From Candidatus Segetimicrobium genomatis (GTDB lineage Bacteria > Sysuimicrobiota > Sysuimicrobiia > Sysuimicrobiales > Kaftiobacteriaceae): a DNA stretch of 55,069 nt. The stretch lies in NCBI GenBank assembly GCA_005882335.1, contig VBAP01000040.1, forward strand, positions 1-55,069, read 5' to 3'. Of this stretch, positions 9,260-18,769 are shown piece by piece; position 1 is the stretch's first letter, and each line of letters starts with the position of its first letter. The position numbers and the translations under genes were made by a program. The notes under the pieces were generated by a model that was not told the DNA's origin, searched no databases, and saw only the letters and a program-made list of their open reading frames with translations.

Positions 9260-10069
9260 ATGGGACGTAACCAAACCTTCATGGAGCTCGTGATCCGCCT
9301 GTTTGACCAGCCGGGTGAGTTCGCGCTGCGCGGACGGTCGACCAAGACGGTCGTCGCCGCATTGCTGCGAGGCGCCGCGGTCCACGGTCCGTGGCTGCGT
9401 CAGGTGGCGCGGTGGGTGGAAGAACTGGCGCGCGACGGCTGGCGCTATCGTGGCTATACAGGCGACACGCTGGTCTTCCGATCCACCAAACCCCTCGACG
9501 AGTCCGCAGCCGCCGCGTACGTACGACGCCGGCTGGGCCAGGAGGCGCTGGAACGCGTTTCGGTGCGCGAGGGCACCGCGCCGCTGACGCGGGACGGCCG
9601 GCCGCCGAAACTGCCCAAGGCAGACGACGAACTCACGCGGGAACTGCGCCGGCTCATCGGGCCCGAGCAGCATCAGGCCGAACTCTATCTTGGCCATCCC
9701 ACCGAAGAACTCAGCGAGTTGTTGCTGGACATGAGCTTTTTATCCCAAGAAGCGCTCGAGGACTCGGAGATCTCCGGCATTATCGAGTCGCTGCGTGAGG
9801 AGCACGAGCACGACGCACAATACCGGGATCTGCACTCACGGTACCTCACCCTGATGGAGCGCGCCGGTCCGGGCGATCCTGCCGCGGAAGAAGCCTACTG
9901 GGATCTGTTCTCGTATATGTCGCGGAAACTGTCGAAGCTGGTACCGGCGCTGCGGCAGTTTCTGGAGCGGCGGGGATTCTCCGACCTGTGCGAGCATGAA
10001 GCCACGGCCTTCCTCACCTCGGCGCTCTCACAGGCCCTCTCGTTCATCGAGGAACACAACGAGGAGTAA
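9260..10069 (+). CDS. Hypothetical protein (acidic, helical C-terminus)
   Basis: Long ORF with GC-rich codon usage filling the gap between flanking genes. No motif recognised. Start uncertain (9245/9260/9281). Confidence 0.7.
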   Translation: MGRNQTFMELVIRLFDQPGEFALRGRSTKTVVAALLRGAAVHGPWLRQVARWVEELARDGWRYRGYTGDTLVFRSTKPLDESAAAAYVRRRLGQEALERVSVREGTAPLTRDGRPPKLPKADDELTRELRRLIGPEQHQAELYLGHPTEELSELLLDMSFLSQEALEDSEISGIIESLREEHEHDAQYRDLHSRYLTLMERAGPGDPAAEEAYWDLFSYMSRKLSKLVPALRQFLERRGFSDLCEHEATAFLTSALSQALSFIEEHNEE

Positions 10070-10091
10070 TTCCAGGCCACGTAGGCTGCCG

Positions 10092-11147
10092 TCATTCATC
10101 CGGTCTGAAACGCCGCACGATCTCGCCCACGACCACCTGCAACGCCGCCGCCACCGGCACCCCCAGCAGCGCACCCACGATGCCCAGCAGTTTGCCGCCG
10201 ATCACGAGTGCCAGAATCGTCAGCAGCGGGGATAGCCCGACGGCGCTGCGCATCACGCGCGGTACGACAAAGTTCGATTCAGCCTGCTGGATTGCCGCAT
10301 AGCCTACGATGACGAAGAGAATCTTCACCGGCGGCTGGAACAGAGCCAGGAAGACCGCCGGAATCGCCCCCAGCGTGGGGCCGATCATCGGAACGAGCTC
10401 GGTGATGCCGGCCACGATCCCGAGCAGCACCGGGTAGGGCAGGCCGATCAACGAGGTCAACAGCCAGGCCGCCAAGCCGATGATAAAGCCCAAGAGCAGC
10501 TGTCCACGCAGCCAGCCGCCGAACTTCGCCCCGATCTGATCGAGGACGTCTTCCATCTTGGCACGCTCCCGGCGGGGGAAGAGCGCAGCGAATCCCGACC
10601 GGATAGCCGGCCCCTCGACCAGCATGTAGAAGGCCATGAACAGCACCGTGATCACCGTGGCCACCCCGCCAAGGAAGCGGAACGCCACGCCGGCGGCAGG
10701 GGCGAAGAACCGGGACAGGTTGCTGAGTTCCTGAGGCAGCCGCTGGACAAACACGGCCAGATCAGGCAACCATGGATACTTCGTGTGCAGACCCTCCAAC
10801 TGAGTTTGCAGCTGGGTGGTGCGCTCCGGAAAGTTGGCAATGAACTGCTGAGTCTCGATGACCAGCGGCGTAACCAGCAGGGCGCCGACGGCCAGCAGTA
10901 CGAGGATGATCGCCAGAAACACCAGCACGATCGCCGCGATGCGAGACAGCTGCCAGCCGCGTCGCGTCCACCGGATCTTCTGGAGTCTGGACACGAGCGG
11001 CGCGACGCCTGCGGCGAGGATAGCGGCGATGAGAATGGCCAGCAGGATTTCCTCGATCTGAATGAGTAGCCAGGCCAGCCCCGCGATGACCAGGACGGTG
11101 ATGACGACCAGCGCGGTGCGGAGGACGAGGTCGGTACGCGGCGACAT
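10092..11147 (-). CDS. AI-2E family transporter (PerM-like)
   Basis: WLRGQLL, ELVPMIGP, QQAESNFVVPRVM, GIVGALLGVP. Start taken at MSPR. Confidence 0.92.
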   Translation of the reverse strand: MSPRTDLVLRTALVVITVLVIAGLAWLLIQIEEILLAILIAAILAAGVAPLVSRLQKIRWTRRGWQLSRIAAIVLVFLAIILVLLAVGALLVTPLVIETQQFIANFPERTTQLQTQLEGLHTKYPWLPDLAVFVQRLPQELSNLSRFFAPAAGVAFRFLGGVATVITVLFMAFYMLVEGPAIRSGFAALFPRRERAKMEDVLDQIGAKFGGWLRGQLLLGFIIGLAAWLLTSLIGLPYPVLLGIVAGITELVPMIGPTLGAIPAVFLALFQPPVKILFVIVGYAAIQQAESNFVVPRVMRSAVGLSPLLTILALVIGGKLLGIVGALLGVPVAAALQVVVGEIVRRFRPDE

Positions 11148-11243
11148 TAGGTGTAACGATTCAGGGCGATGCGGGAATGCTCCTGCGGTTATGCTCAAGT
11201 TCATCGGCGCCCGGCACCGATGAACTGAAGAGCAGAGGCCCCT

Positions 11244-11921
11244 TCACCGGCCCTGAAGCCGCAGCCTTATGGCGGGATTTCTCAGTTCTCTCAACGCATC
11301 GGCGGCGATCCATCTGGCCGCGGTCGAGTCGATCCGTGCAATCTCTTTCGCCACGGCGATGGCCCGCCGGTTCAGTCGCCTGTTCCGCTTGCCGATGCCG
11401 CGGAGGGCCCAGTTCACGGCCTTTTTCACGAAGTTCCGACCGTCAGTCGATCCTCGTTTGATGAGTCGAAGGAAGGGCTCATACCGTCCATCACCGGCCG
11501 CCTTGTCGTGCACGGCCAGACCGGCGATCATGGCAAACGCCGCCCGTTTGACAAACTCCCGATCGCTCGCCGCCCACTGCCGGATCTTCTTCCGGGCACA
11601 AGGCATCTGCTCGAACACGGCCGCCACCTGGTCGCACACATCCCAGGAGTCGAAGTCGTTCACCCATCGTTCCGCCTGCGCAGGAGTAAGCTGCGCCGGA
11701 TCAGCCACGAAGCCGGCAAGGATACGGGCTTCGTGAAAACCTGATTTCCACAACCGCAGCGCCAGGCCGTGATCGCGGCCGATCTCTCGGGCGAGTCTGC
11801 GGAGGTTGGTGATGGAGATCCCCAGCGTGCCTTTCGGGCTGATCCCGAAGCGCGCCATCCCGGCGACGTTTCTCGCGTTGGCCATTTTCTTTAGCCGGGC
11901 GATGACCCGTAAGTAACTCAT
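11244..11921 (-). CDS. DNA alkylation repair protein (AlkD-like HEAT-repeat glycosylase)
   Basis: GMARFGI, FDSWDVCD, NFVKKAVNWALRGIGKR, ARWIAADALREL. Confidence 0.9.
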   Translation of the reverse strand: MSYLRVIARLKKMANARNVAGMARFGISPKGTLGISITNLRRLAREIGRDHGLALRLWKSGFHEARILAGFVADPAQLTPAQAERWVNDFDSWDVCDQVAAVFEQMPCARKKIRQWAASDREFVKRAAFAMIAGLAVHDKAAGDGRYEPFLRLIKRGSTDGRNFVKKAVNWALRGIGKRNRRLNRRAIAVAKEIARIDSTAARWIAADALRELRNPAIRLRLQGR

Positions 11922-12010
11922 GCCTTCACCTAAAATACCATGAAGGCGCTTCAATGCGTGGAGAGGTGAACGTCATGCAGGCGGACATTCTTCCAGTCCG
12001 GTCGCGTGCA

Positions 12011-12128
12011 GGGCGAGACCGGACGCCTCCCGGATCGGGACCCGGAGTGCGGCTATGGGGTGACTCAGTTACGGGTCCCGCACCGAGAGGCGTCCGGTCT
12101 CGCCCCGAAAGGTCCTCATCCCGCCCTC
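12011..12128. repeat. Long hairpin with conserved 29-nt loop, copy A
   Basis: gggcgagaccggacgcctc...gggaccc [GGAGTGCGGCTATGGGGTGACTCAGTTAC] gggtccc...gaggcgtccggtctcgccc. Loop is 26/29 identical to copy B. Confidence 0.8.
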
Positions 12129-12161
12129 ACGCTGCACACCCAGAGCACCGGGCACAGTTCG

Positions 12162-12306
12162 TCATCGGTGCCAGGCACCGATGATCTACAAATAGCCTGA
12201 ACGGGTCATGGCCCCATGACTCAAACGGACCAAATTTCATAGCGCGGTGCGGGCCAGCTAGCGGTGGGCGGGCTTCGGAACTTCCACGGTGCCTGGCACC
12301 GTGGAA
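12162..12306. repeat. Oppositely oriented pair of CGGTGCCWGGCACCG REP-like palindromes
   Basis: tcatcggtgccAggcaccgatga (12162-12184) and ttccacggtgccTggcaccgtggaa (12282-12306). Confidence 0.75.
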
Positions 12307-12384
12307 TGGGCGGATCTCGAAGGTTTGGGCTGAATTTGCTACTTGATAGGGGTCGAAGCGGGAACGGCTGAACTACGTCAGAGG

Positions 12385-13383
12385 TTAACCAGCCTCTCGT
12401 CCCACACCTATCGGCGCGACCAGTGTCGACGCCCGCCTGAGCGTCTCCTCGGCCTCGGAGATTAAGCGGTGGATGATCTCGCGCACCGGCAACACCTCGT
12501 GAATGAGGCCGGCACTCTGACCCGCAAAGGGCATGTACTCATGGAATCGTCCCTCCGACTGGGCCGCCTGGATCTCATTGCGCAGCTCCTCGACCTTCTG
12601 CATCACTTCTGCCCGTCGCTGCGCCCACCGATCGTGGAAAGGAGTGCGCAGGGCCCGCGGCACCGTGCCATAGCCTGCCCGGCCTGTGGGTGACCTTGTG
12701 ATGTCATTCCAAAATTCGACTTTCACCGCGTCCTCGGACCGGGCTGCGATAATCGCCCTTTTCCATCCATCTGCGATAGGCGATTCTGCTGACGCGAGGA
12801 AGCGCGTGCCCATGTTCACGCCCTCTGCGCCGAGCAGCAGGGCCGCCGCCATGCCACGACCGTCACCAATCCCTCCGGCGGCCGCGACGGGCAACGGTTG
12901 GACGGCATCCACCACCTGTGGAATGAGCGGCAGCGTGCCCACGAACTGCCCATAGCCCCCGGCCTCGCCTCCCTGGGCAATCAATGCATCCACTCCCCGT
13001 CCGGCAGCCTGAGTAGCCTGTGCGACGGTGTGTACTTGATGCACGACTAGCGCGCCGGCGGCATGGGCCCGCCGCACCAGATCGCCAGGATCGCCGAGCG
13101 CGAAGGAAATCACCGCTGGCCGAGCTTCCAGAGCTGCGGCGAGGGTTTCCTCGTCGAAGTTGGAGACGAGAAAGTTAACCGCAAAGGGACGACTCGTGCG
13201 TTCTCGGATCAGCGCGATCTGTTCACGCAGTTCGGATGGCGACCGACCGGTGGCACCGAGGCTGCCGAGGCCTCCTGCATTGGAGACGGCGGCAACCAGT
13301 GCGTGGGCGGGGTGGACGATGCCCATGCCCGCCTGGATGATAGGATGCTCGATCCCGAGCAGCTCGCAGAGTCGCGTCCGCAC
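12385..13383 (-). CDS. Nitronate monooxygenase family flavoprotein
   Basis: LGIEHPIIQAGM, AVSNAGGLG, AQGGEAGG, AAAGGIGDGRG, MGTRFLASAES, AGQSAGLI. GTG start after a GAGGGGGG RBS. Confidence 0.92.
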   Translation of the reverse strand: MRTRLCELLGIEHPIIQAGMGIVHPAHALVAAVSNAGGLGSLGATGRSPSELREQIALIRERTSRPFAVNFLVSNFDEETLAAALEARPAVISFALGDPGDLVRRAHAAGALVVHQVHTVAQATQAAGRGVDALIAQGGEAGGYGQFVGTLPLIPQVVDAVQPLPVAAAGGIGDGRGMAAALLLGAEGVNMGTRFLASAESPIADGWKRAIIAARSEDAVKVEFWNDITRSPTGRAGYGTVPRALRTPFHDRWAQRRAEVMQKVEELRNEIQAAQSEGRFHEYMPFAGQSAGLIHEVLPVREIIHRLISEAEETLRRASTLVAPIGVGREAG

Positions 13384-13473
13384 CGCGCTCCCCCCTCGGG
13401 TGGTAGGTTCGCCCACCGAATGAGCCAGGAGCGCTGCCCCATGGTGACAGAAACCAAAATGGGGCGGCGCTCC

Positions 13474-13548
13474 TGGCTCCGCGGGTAGGATTCGAACCTA
13501 CAACCCTCCGGTTAACAGCCGGACGCTCTACCATTGAGCTACCGCGGA
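13474..13548 (-). tRNA. tRNA-Asn(GTT)
   Basis: Minus strand reads TCCGCGGTAGCTCAATGGTAGAGCGTCCGGCTGTTAACCGGAGGGTTGTAGGTTCGAATCCTACCCGCGGAGCCA. Confidence 0.97.
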
Positions 13549-13619
13549 ACGGACAAGCATCCCTATTCTATCCTTTACCTCTCTCTGCGAACAAGAGGAT
13601 GGCCACATCCAGGGCGAGA

Positions 13620-13642
13620 TCATCGGTGTCAGGCACCGATGA
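13620..13642. repeat. Third CGGTGCCAGGCACCG-family palindrome
   Basis: tcatcggtgtcaggcaccgatga, one mismatch to the 12162 copy. Confidence 0.7.
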
Positions 13643-13663
13643 AAAGGCGCTGATGGATCGAAC

Positions 13664-14854
13664 CTACAACCCGAGGGGGCGGAATATCCTCACGATTACA
13701 ATAAGGAGGCCGAGAGCCAACACCCACTTTCCGGCCTTATCCCATGCCTGTTGGACTGCGCGGTACTGATCGAAACTCTCGAACTTTCTGGTAGACTGCA
13801 CGAGCCGCCTCACATTGAACACGTACCATAGGTAGACGCCGACATTTACCATGGGAATCATCGACCCTGTCAGGTTGGCCAGAAGGTGCCACCAGGCCCG
13901 ATGAGCGATGAGATAAATGAACGGAAGCCCAGCATATCCCCAGGAGCCATTGCGGGCGTCGGCCTGCTGAGTCGCAGCGGTGGGAGCAGCCACATGGATG
14001 GCGGCACTCACGCCCATCGTGGCTTCGGCAAGAAAGGAATTATCCACAACCTTATAAGCGCGGCGGAAGGCATCGTATTCTGTGCGCAGATCGGGAGCGC
14101 TCAATACCCGATGGGCTTCATTAACGATCTTGGCCTTCTCTTCGTCTCCACCCAGATCGGGGTGCGCTTGAAGTTCCCGCATGATAGTTCGGTATGCGCT
14201 CTTGATTACGGCCACATCGGCGGTGGGATGAACCTGCAAAACTTCATAGTAGTTGACATCGGAGGGGAAGTTTCCTGACTTGCGTGTCTGTCGTGCCCTT
14301 GCTCGTGGAAGTTCGGGAGTTCTTCTCCGGCCACGCACGGCGCCCACAATGAACGCAGCTCCAATGACCACCAGTATCAGTAGCGTGGGTTGATATCCGA
14401 ACGAAGAGAACAGCCACTTACCGACCCACACTGTTTGGCCGCCGGTGAGGACGGAGCTTGCGTTCTGCGTAAGCCGCCAGAAATCCGGATGGGTAGCCAG
14501 CGGGCCGCGCAGCGTGATCACAGCAAGAGTGACGGCGGAGCCCAGCGCTTCTTTGGTGGGGCCAAGTAGAAAGGCCAGGGCGTAAGCTACCAGCGCCATC
14601 GCGCTCGGAGGAATCGACCTGCCGCCTAGATCCCGGCACTCCAGATGAAGTCCTCGCCCAGGAGCTGGTGTGGCCTTCAGCGCAGCATTGCAGGCTTCAG
14701 CAGTCGAATAGTTTCCGTATGTCGTGTAGACCTTGTCGGATGCGTCAACGGCTACCAGGAACACCATGCCGGCTGGAGAAGCCGGTGGCGGAATTACGCC
14801 ACTCAATGCCAGTATTGCCACACATGCAAGGAAGCCGACAAGGGCCGTTCTCAT
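13664..14854 (-). CDS. Membrane protein with an internal DnaJ (J) domain
   Basis: YYEVLQV..IKSAYR..HPDLGG..NEAHRVL..R.EYD J-domain flanked by TM segments. GGAGGGGG RBS before the ATG at 14854. Confidence 0.8.
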   Translation of the reverse strand: MRTALVGFLACVAILALSGVIPPPASPAGMVFLVAVDASDKVYTTYGNYSTAEACNAALKATPAPGRGLHLECRDLGGRSIPPSAMALVAYALAFLLGPTKEALGSAVTLAVITLRGPLATHPDFWRLTQNASSVLTGGQTVWVGKWLFSSFGYQPTLLILVVIGAAFIVGAVRGRRRTPELPRARARQTRKSGNFPSDVNYYEVLQVHPTADVAVIKSAYRTIMRELQAHPDLGGDEEKAKIVNEAHRVLSAPDLRTEYDAFRRAYKVVDNSFLAEATMGVSAAIHVAAPTAATQQADARNGSWGYAGLPFIYLIAHRAWWHLLANLTGSMIPMVNVGVYLWYVFNVRRLVQSTRKFESFDQYRAVQQAWDKAGKWVLALGLLIVIVRIFRPLGL

Positions 14855-15184
14855 TTGCGCCCCCTCCGCAAGTGTCATGCCCAATTTCTCAAATCAGCCC
14901 CCGGTGGCGAAAATATAGCATCGGGTGATCGACTTGCCAAAGGCCGCCGCAAAACAGTGAGCGGGCAATTAATTGCCGTCCTGCGGGAAGCCCTCGACGG
15001 ACCTCCAGAACGATGGAGCTACTTCACTGACAACCGTTCTGATGCGGGCCTGTTTGGCACCCTGGCCCGCTGAGCGTGGAGGAGGCCTCGCGCCCCGTGG
15101 CCGGGACGTCGGTGGCCGCTCACGTGCCCACGTGATGTGGGCCATGGGCGCAACGTCTACAGCAAGACGCTGTCAGAAGCACCG

Positions 15185-15231
15185 TTGACCGCTGCGCGTT
15201 GAGCGTGTAGTATGGTGCCGTAATGGAACCA
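15185..15231 (+). promoter_or_regulatory. Sigma70 promoter and putative RHH operator of the TA operon
   Basis: TTGACC (15185-90), 17 bp spacer, TAGTAT (15208-13), followed by imperfect palindrome tggtgcc-gtaat-ggaacca. Confidence 0.6.
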
Positions 15232-15246
15232 ATTTGGAGGTGACCC

Positions 15247-15489
15247 GTGCCCACCCTGACCATAAAAGGGCTGCCCCACGCCCTCTACCATCGTCTCAAA
15301 GAACGCGCTGAAGCCCACCGCCGCAGCCTCAATCGCGAGGTGATTGTTTGTCTTGAGCAGGCTACCACCCTGCCAGTAGTTGATCCTCAGACCTGGCTCG
15401 CAGACGCGGCTCAGTTGCGCGCCCGGCTGGCCCTGCCGCCTCTGACGGAGGCGCGGCTGCGCCGGGCGAAGACCGCTGGGCGGCCGTGA
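15247..15489 (+). CDS. Arc/FitA-like ribbon-helix-helix antitoxin
   Basis: MPTLTIKGLP..LY.RLKERAEAHRRSLNREVI. GGAGG RBS. GTGA overlap with the PIN gene. Confidence 0.88.
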   Translation: MPTLTIKGLPHALYHRLKERAEAHRRSLNREVIVCLEQATTLPVVDPQTWLADAAQLRARLALPPLTEARLRRAKTAGRP

Positions 15490-15896
15490 TCGTCGCGGAT
15501 ACGAATCTCCTCGCCTATCTGTTGCTCGGGGGCACGGGCACACCGGCGGCGCAGGCAGTGTTCCTGCGCGATCCCGTGTGGACCGCTCCTCTCCTCTGGC
15601 GGAGCGAGTTTCGCAGCATCCTTGCCGGCTATCTTCGCCGGCGCGAACTCAGGATCGACGATGCTATCAAAGTGCAGCAGAAAGCCGAAGCGCTGCTCGC
15701 GGGCCGCGAGCATGTTGTTCCGTCCGAGCGGGTGCTCAAACTGGTGGCGTCCTCAACCTGCTCTGCCTACGATTGCGAGTTCGTGGCGCTGGCTGACCAG
15801 TTGAGCGTGCCGCTGGTGACTCTAGATCGCGCAGTGCTCAGGGAGTTCCCGGTGGTGGCTATCAGTCCATCCCGGTTTGCCCCGCGTGGCGTCTGA
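15486..15896 (+). CDS. vapC: PIN-domain VapC/FitB-like toxin
   Basis: IVADTN, WRSEFRS, SAYDCEFVALA, LVTLD. Confidence 0.9.
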   Translation: MIVADTNLLAYLLLGGTGTPAAQAVFLRDPVWTAPLLWRSEFRSILAGYLRRRELRIDDAIKVQQKAEALLAGREHVVPSERVLKLVASSTCSAYDCEFVALADQLSVPLVTLDRAVLREFPVVAISPSRFAPRGV

Positions 15897-16002
15897 ACGC
15901 AGACGCCACGGGGCGACCCGCCCCGAAGCGCGGTCGCATCAAGAACAGATACATCCCTCATTCCACCTCGTCAATGCACTTCTGGAAGGGAAACCGCCTA
16001 CA

Positions 16003-17949
16003 CTACCGGGGCCCTCGCTGCCGGTGCATCACGCCGGATAGCGCCTCCACCGATCGGATGAACTCCGTCTTGGCAAACGTATAGTCGATACTACCCTGAT
16101 GCTGACCCGCAAGCCTTTTTTTCAGGTCCCCGTACTCGCGCGCCTTTTCCGGATGGGTCCGAAGGTAGTCCCGAAACGCCACATGGCGTCTCCAGAACGC
16201 GCTGTCGCGCAGGACGACATGAATGTGGTGAGTGTGCCTGCCCTCGGAATCCATCTTCGGAAAGTACCGCCGATTGGGCATGGACACTTCCCAATCAGGA
16301 TCATATTCATAGCCAAGCCGCTTTATCCGCTCGATGCACCGGTCAAGGGCCTGCTCCGAATCCACGCCAACCATGATGTCAATAACGGGTTTCGCGGCGA
16401 GACTCGCAACCGCAGTGCTTCCGACATGCTCGACCGTCACGGCAAGATCACTGAGCGCCTGCGCGATCCGGAGGCGCTCCCGCTCAAATAGCTCGGGCCA
16501 ATGCTCATCGTAGTCAACTATGACAATCCCCTGCCGACTTCCGCGGTGAGATGGCAGGATCTCAAGTTCAATCCTTACTTCGAACAGCCGGTGCCACGGC
16601 AGGGTCGCTCGACGGAGCACGAGCGGATGATGCGCGAAGGACCGTTGCAATGCGGGTACGGTCTCACCGCGCAGCTTCTCCAGGGCCATGGCCTCCAACG
16701 CAGTCTCGTGTTCACTGAGGTCCGACGGTTCGCCGCCGCGTTCTTCCAGCCAGCGCGTGAGTTGGGGACGAACGAGCGACTGGTAGCCCCAGTCATCCAG
16801 GATGCGCGTAAAGAACGCCGGGCGGTAGATCCTGTCGTTGCCGGGCACGGTGCCGGCGCGTAGATGATGGACCACGGTCGCCGATGCCATCACAGACCCG
16901 AGGCTATTCGAGCACGTGTTCCAACCGGCGTAGGCGACGATTCCACCAAACCTCGGCTCGGCCAGCAACTTTGCGAGCAGCGCCCGGTCCGCGCCGTTCG
17001 CAAACCGGACGTCGGCCAGTGCCACGACGCGCTCTCGACGCGCCGCCTCACGTACCGTATTCATGACGGCCTCAGTCGGGCCAACATCGAGTTCGCCCGT
17101 CTGGTCCACGGCTTCGCGCTGCTGGCCGGTGAAGTTGTGGACCCACAGCAAGACGTCCGAGTCATCTCCACGGAGATGGGCTCCGGCGCTGCGCACATGT
17201 TCCTCAACCGTCTGACGGAGGGGGAGGGCCTCGTACCGTGGGACCAAGTCGGTCGTCTCTGGATAGGTATACACGAGTTGAACCGACGGTGCAGCGCCGG
17301 TCAGGTCGTTCAGCCACCGGGCGAACAGTCGCGCGTTGAGCTCGTCGGTTCCACTGGTGAGCAGCGCGTTCGACGCGGACGACGCCGCAGCGTGCCGCTG
17401 GAGTGTCGCGCGGTCAGCCTCCGACGGGCTGCCCGGCGTTGTGTCGTCCTGTCCTATGAGTAAAGAATCGAGCACCCCTCGAGATGCCGCGGAGATTAAG
17501 TCGGCGTTCAATTGCAGGTGGCGGTTGCGATGCTGGAGCATCGCGGCCTGGTCCCCGGTCTTCCAATACGCCGCATCCTCATCCGTAGGCCGCTGTGGCG
17601 TGCGGGGGATGACCGCGGAGACATACGTGGGGAGCCGCGAGGCGATCTCGTAGAGGCGGTGGAGCCGCGGGACAATCTCCTCAAACTCTACCTCGCTCTT
17701 CCGCGACGCGACCAGGCCGCCGAAGCAAAGCGTTTCCACCGATGCAATGAGGGCTGCGCTGCCACCGGCGGCTTCGCGCTCCAACCACTCCCACACCCGG
17801 TCAACCTCTCCGAGGCGGAACCGGTCACTGAGCATCACACGGTCCGGGGTACGGACATCGACCCCGGCAGCCCGACCCAGATCGGCCACGATGTCCATGG
17901 TCACCGGCCGTCCGTCCAGCGGCACAAACACCAGCACGGGGGAGGCCAT
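16003..17949 (-). CDS. DUF4127-like protein fused to a C-terminal GrpB/UPF0157 domain
   Basis: N-terminal VPLDGRPV, GGLVASR, GQDD, YAGWNT.SN.LG, LDDWGYQ. C-terminal IVDYDEHWP..HVGSTAV..AKPVIDI..FRDYLR..YT.AK..FI. Confidence 0.8.
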   Translation of the reverse strand: MASPVLVFVPLDGRPVTMDIVADLGRAAGVDVRTPDRVMLSDRFRLGEVDRVWEWLEREAAGGSAALIASVETLCFGGLVASRKSEVEFEEIVPRLHRLYEIASRLPTYVSAVIPRTPQRPTDEDAAYWKTGDQAAMLQHRNRHLQLNADLISAASRGVLDSLLIGQDDTTPGSPSEADRATLQRHAAASSASNALLTSGTDELNARLFARWLNDLTGAAPSVQLVYTYPETTDLVPRYEALPLRQTVEEHVRSAGAHLRGDDSDVLLWVHNFTGQQREAVDQTGELDVGPTEAVMNTVREAARRERVVALADVRFANGADRALLAKLLAEPRFGGIVAYAGWNTCSNSLGSVMASATVVHHLRAGTVPGNDRIYRPAFFTRILDDWGYQSLVRPQLTRWLEERGGEPSDLSEHETALEAMALEKLRGETVPALQRSFAHHPLVLRRATLPWHRLFEVRIELEILPSHRGSRQGIVIVDYDEHWPELFERERLRIAQALSDLAVTVEHVGSTAVASLAAKPVIDIMVGVDSEQALDRCIERIKRLGYEYDPDWEVSMPNRRYFPKMDSEGRHTHHIHVVLRDSAFWRRHVAFRDYLRTHPEKAREYGDLKKRLAGQHQGSIDYTFAKTEFIRSVEALSGVMHRQRGPR

Positions 17950-18759
17950 CTATTTGATGGCTCCTGCGATGAGACCGCGCATGAAGTACCGCTGGGTAAA
18001 GAGGAATACCACGATCACAGGCAGCGTGGCGATCACGATGCCTGCGGCGATGTACCGGGTGTTGTACGCGAACAGCCCGCGCAGGTAGAGCAGGCCCGCG
18101 GCGAGAGGGTATTTGTCGGGTGTCTTGAGGATGATGACCGGCCACAGGAAGCTGTTCCAAAACGCCACGAACTGGAAGATGGCCAGCGTGGCCAGGGCCG
18201 GCACGGTCAGCGGCAGCATGATTCGCCACCAGATCGTGAGGTCACCGGCTCCGTCGATCCGGGCGGCGTCTTCCAGTTCCTGCGGGATGGACAGGTAGGC
18301 CTGGCGGAGGAGGAAGATGCCGAAGATACTGGCGATGCTCGGCAAATACACCGAGGCGTAGGTGTCGACCAGCCGGAACCGCATCATCGTGATGAAGTTT
18401 ACGATCAGGCCGATATGCTCCGGCAAGATCAACGTGCCGACGATCGCGTAGAAGACCACATTTTTCCCCCAGAACTGCATCCGGGCCAGCGGGTAAGCGG
18501 CAAGCGAGCAGATGACCAGCGTCAGGCTGACGCCCATGGCCGCGATGTACAGGCTATTCAGCGCATACCGCGGCAGCGGGAGCGTCTTCCACACGCCGGT
18601 GTAGTTCGCGATAGAGAGGCCGCTCAGGCTGAGGTCGGGTGGGATGGAGAAGATCGGCCCCCGCGTTTTCAACGACACGACGATCGTCCACAGAAACGGG
18701 AACGCCGTGAAGATCGCCAGCCCGATCAGGATGAGATACACTACGAACTTACGCGTCAT
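17950..18759 (-). CDS. Carbohydrate ABC transporter permease (MalG-like)
   Basis: LEDAARIDGA EAA-loop and WNSFLWP. Confidence 0.95.
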   Translation of the reverse strand: MTRKFVVYLILIGLAIFTAFPFLWTIVVSLKTRGPIFSIPPDLSLSGLSIANYTGVWKTLPLPRYALNSLYIAAMGVSLTLVICSLAAYPLARMQFWGKNVVFYAIVGTLILPEHIGLIVNFITMMRFRLVDTYASVYLPSIASIFGIFLLRQAYLSIPQELEDAARIDGAGDLTIWWRIMLPLTVPALATLAIFQFVAFWNSFLWPVIILKTPDKYPLAAGLLYLRGLFAYNTRYIAAGIVIATLPVIVVFLFTQRYFMRGLIAGAIK

Positions 18760-18769
18760 GGCCGGTTGC

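Noticed and set aside
12044-12072. Conserved-loop hairpin as integron attC, dif site or hammerhead ribozyme
   Set aside because: No RYYYAAC/GTTRRRY ends, no XerC/D arms and no CUGANGA/GAAA core.
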